A stretch of 64,000 nucleotides of DNA from Rhodosorus marinus CCMP1338. Lineage: Eukaryota; Plantae; Rhodophyta. Every line of letters begins with the position of its first letter. The first letter of the stretch is position 1. Made by a program: the position numbers and the translations under genes. Shown here piece after piece: positions 62,456 to 64,000 of this stretch. The notes below the pieces were generated by a model. The model saw only the letters and a list, made by a program, of their open reading frames with translations. It was not told the origin of the DNA and did no database searches. The DNA is taken from contig JAMWBK010000002.1 of assembly GCA_029953675.1 (NCBI GenBank), positions 1,984,001-2,048,000 on the forward strand, given 5' to 3'.

Positions 62456-63736
62456 GCCGCCGAATATTGTAGAGAAGGTTTGCGAAAATTGTCGTGGGTC
62501 CTAGGCGGAGGAGGGCAGGAGGGGTAGGAGGGGTAGGAGGGGTTCCTCCTGAAGGAATATCGTGCGCACAACACCCTGCCTGGTGTAACATCTCTTATCA
62601 TCCACGTACGATTCATTAGCACCCCGGACGGAGCGTTCCCAGGTTAGTTTCCCATCGTGGGGTCTGCATGAACTAGCGATTACGTTTGCATTGAGGAAAC
62701 GAAGCCATCGACCTTCACCTGGCAAAAGCTCTCACAGGCGTGGTCGGATACGCCAGTCGTGCAGTGGCGAAATTGCTTTGTTGACAAGTATTGCGAGTGT
62801 TGAAGTCATCTCATCAACATGCATGGTATCCAATCTAAATGCGTGATAAAGATGATAACACACACACCATCATTGCTCGCCTGGATTTACATTTTCAAGA
62901 CTACATAGACAGTTCGCAACAGCTAACAGTTGGCTCTAGCTGGTGGTCGCGGTGGGTGCTGGACAATCAAGTATGATCGAATGAGCAATAGAGCGGGATA
63001 GTTCCCGTCCGACTGTTTACAATGCAACAGTTTGACAGAGCACCTGGTACATAGTCAGGCAATCTTCAGAGGCAAAAGGTACACTGGGGGGAAGCAACGT
63101 TCGTCCAAAACACCAGTCAATGAGCACATGTGCCTAGTTGCTGCCTAATCCATCCTCTCGTTCTGCGACCGGCGAATCGATCTGGAGTGTTGATCACGGT
63201 GAACACGATACTCGAGAAGCATGGCTCTTCAACCGAGGTATGCGGCTCAACTTCACGAAGACGAACATGGAAATCGACACCCTCACTTGACGAAATTGAC
63301 ATCCCATAGAGTAGCCGAAAACAAAGAATCAATTGGCTCCGCTGACAAACCACGATACAAGTGAATCAACCACTACCACAGCATTCCCAGCGGGCAAGGC
63401 GGTGCTCACAGCGATTCTGGCTACGCAGTGCCGCATGCTTTCCTCTACTCGACAACTAAAAACAGATGTAGAAACCGGTGCGACAAAGCCGCCTCACGCA
63501 AGCGTTCTTCCCTTCATAGATTCTGAAGTCAAAAAATGACTAACGAAAAGCTAGAACCCGCCGCAGCACTAGCAGTGAGAGTGCTCACTGCTAGCTTTTA
63601 GGTGACTTTATTACCTCCGGGTTAGACATACATCTAGACATTCCCAAACCGCAGTACGCCGTGTGTCATCTTCTTCGTCGGCGATTGGGAAGTTGGTTTG
63701 CGGTCGGTGGTCGTCTTCTTCATCCATCGAATCGTT

Positions 63737-63770
63737 TGGTCGGTCGGGTGGTCGGTCGGGTGGTCGGTCG
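63737..63770. repeat. 12-bp tandem repeat, ~2.8 copies
   Basis: tggtcggtcggg twice plus tggtcggtcg. It encodes DRPP repeats in the minus-strand ORF 63611-63817. Confidence 0.9.
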
Positions 63771-63955
63771 CGTTTGTCTCTCTTCATTGATGATGGTAAT
63801 AGGGAAGGAGTGCTCATCAGTGTTGTCTTCTTCGTTGTGGATCGGACTGAGATTATGTTGATGAAGACGGGGGGGGGTTGGGTACGGAGTTTGAAGAGGT
63901 AGGGATTGTTTTGAAGATAGGCTTTTTGGGCTTGGATTGAGAAAGGAAAAGAATC

Positions 63956-64000
63956 ATGTTGAGGAGGCTGGCTGTTTCTGAGGTGGGTGGATGGTCGTAT
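63956..64000 (+). CDS. Probable start of a gene running off the right edge (mitochondrial-presequence-like)
   Basis: ATG 63956 MLRRLAVSEVGGWSY follows a G/T-rich leader typical of gene starts in this window. Only 15 codons are visible. Confidence 0.45.
   Translation, partial: MLRRLAVSEVGGWSY

Noticed and set aside
1-64000. tRNA, rRNA, snRNA or intronic snoRNA genes
   Set aside because: No T-loop/cloverleaf, rRNA or U-snRNA signature, and no C/D box pair in the longer first introns, was seen by eye. An Infernal/tRNAscan run would be needed to exclude them.

Overview
Eukaryotic nuclear DNA, most consistent with a red alga. This assignment is an inference from nucleus-encoded plastid proteins with 'MAFV/MSCFV'-type transit peptides, nuclear SufD and cpFtsY, compact genes and short GT-AG introns of about 50-240 nt. 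About 19 intron-containing or single-exon genes can be built by hand: purU, a gamma-tocopherol-methyltransferase-like protein, a CCT protein, SEL1L/HRD3, a 3R-Myb, a DnaJ-type Zn-finger protein, a scramblase, a ZnT5-like CDF, cpFtsY, bioF, sufD, an MFSD1-like transporter, a PLAT-PP2C fusion, SSADH, ArfGAP, guanylate kinase, an MPLKIP-like protein, a 6TM channel and RPT4. There are partial genes at both edges. Genes mostly alternate in divergent and convergent pairs, and gene 5' ends show extreme strand asymmetry (sense strand G/T-rich, C-poor). Several intergenic blocks look like decayed genes. I found no rRNA, tRNA, CRISPR array or intact transposon. The most interesting items are a voltage-sensor channel with a TGQGG filter, a PLAT-PTC7 phosphatase fusion, a ZnT5-like transporter with a rewritten metal site and a huge loop, a pseudo-methyltransferase, a double-motif MPLKIP protein and a plastid-type SSADH. 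CDS spans include introns. Exon structures and family assignments were made by eye, without database searches.
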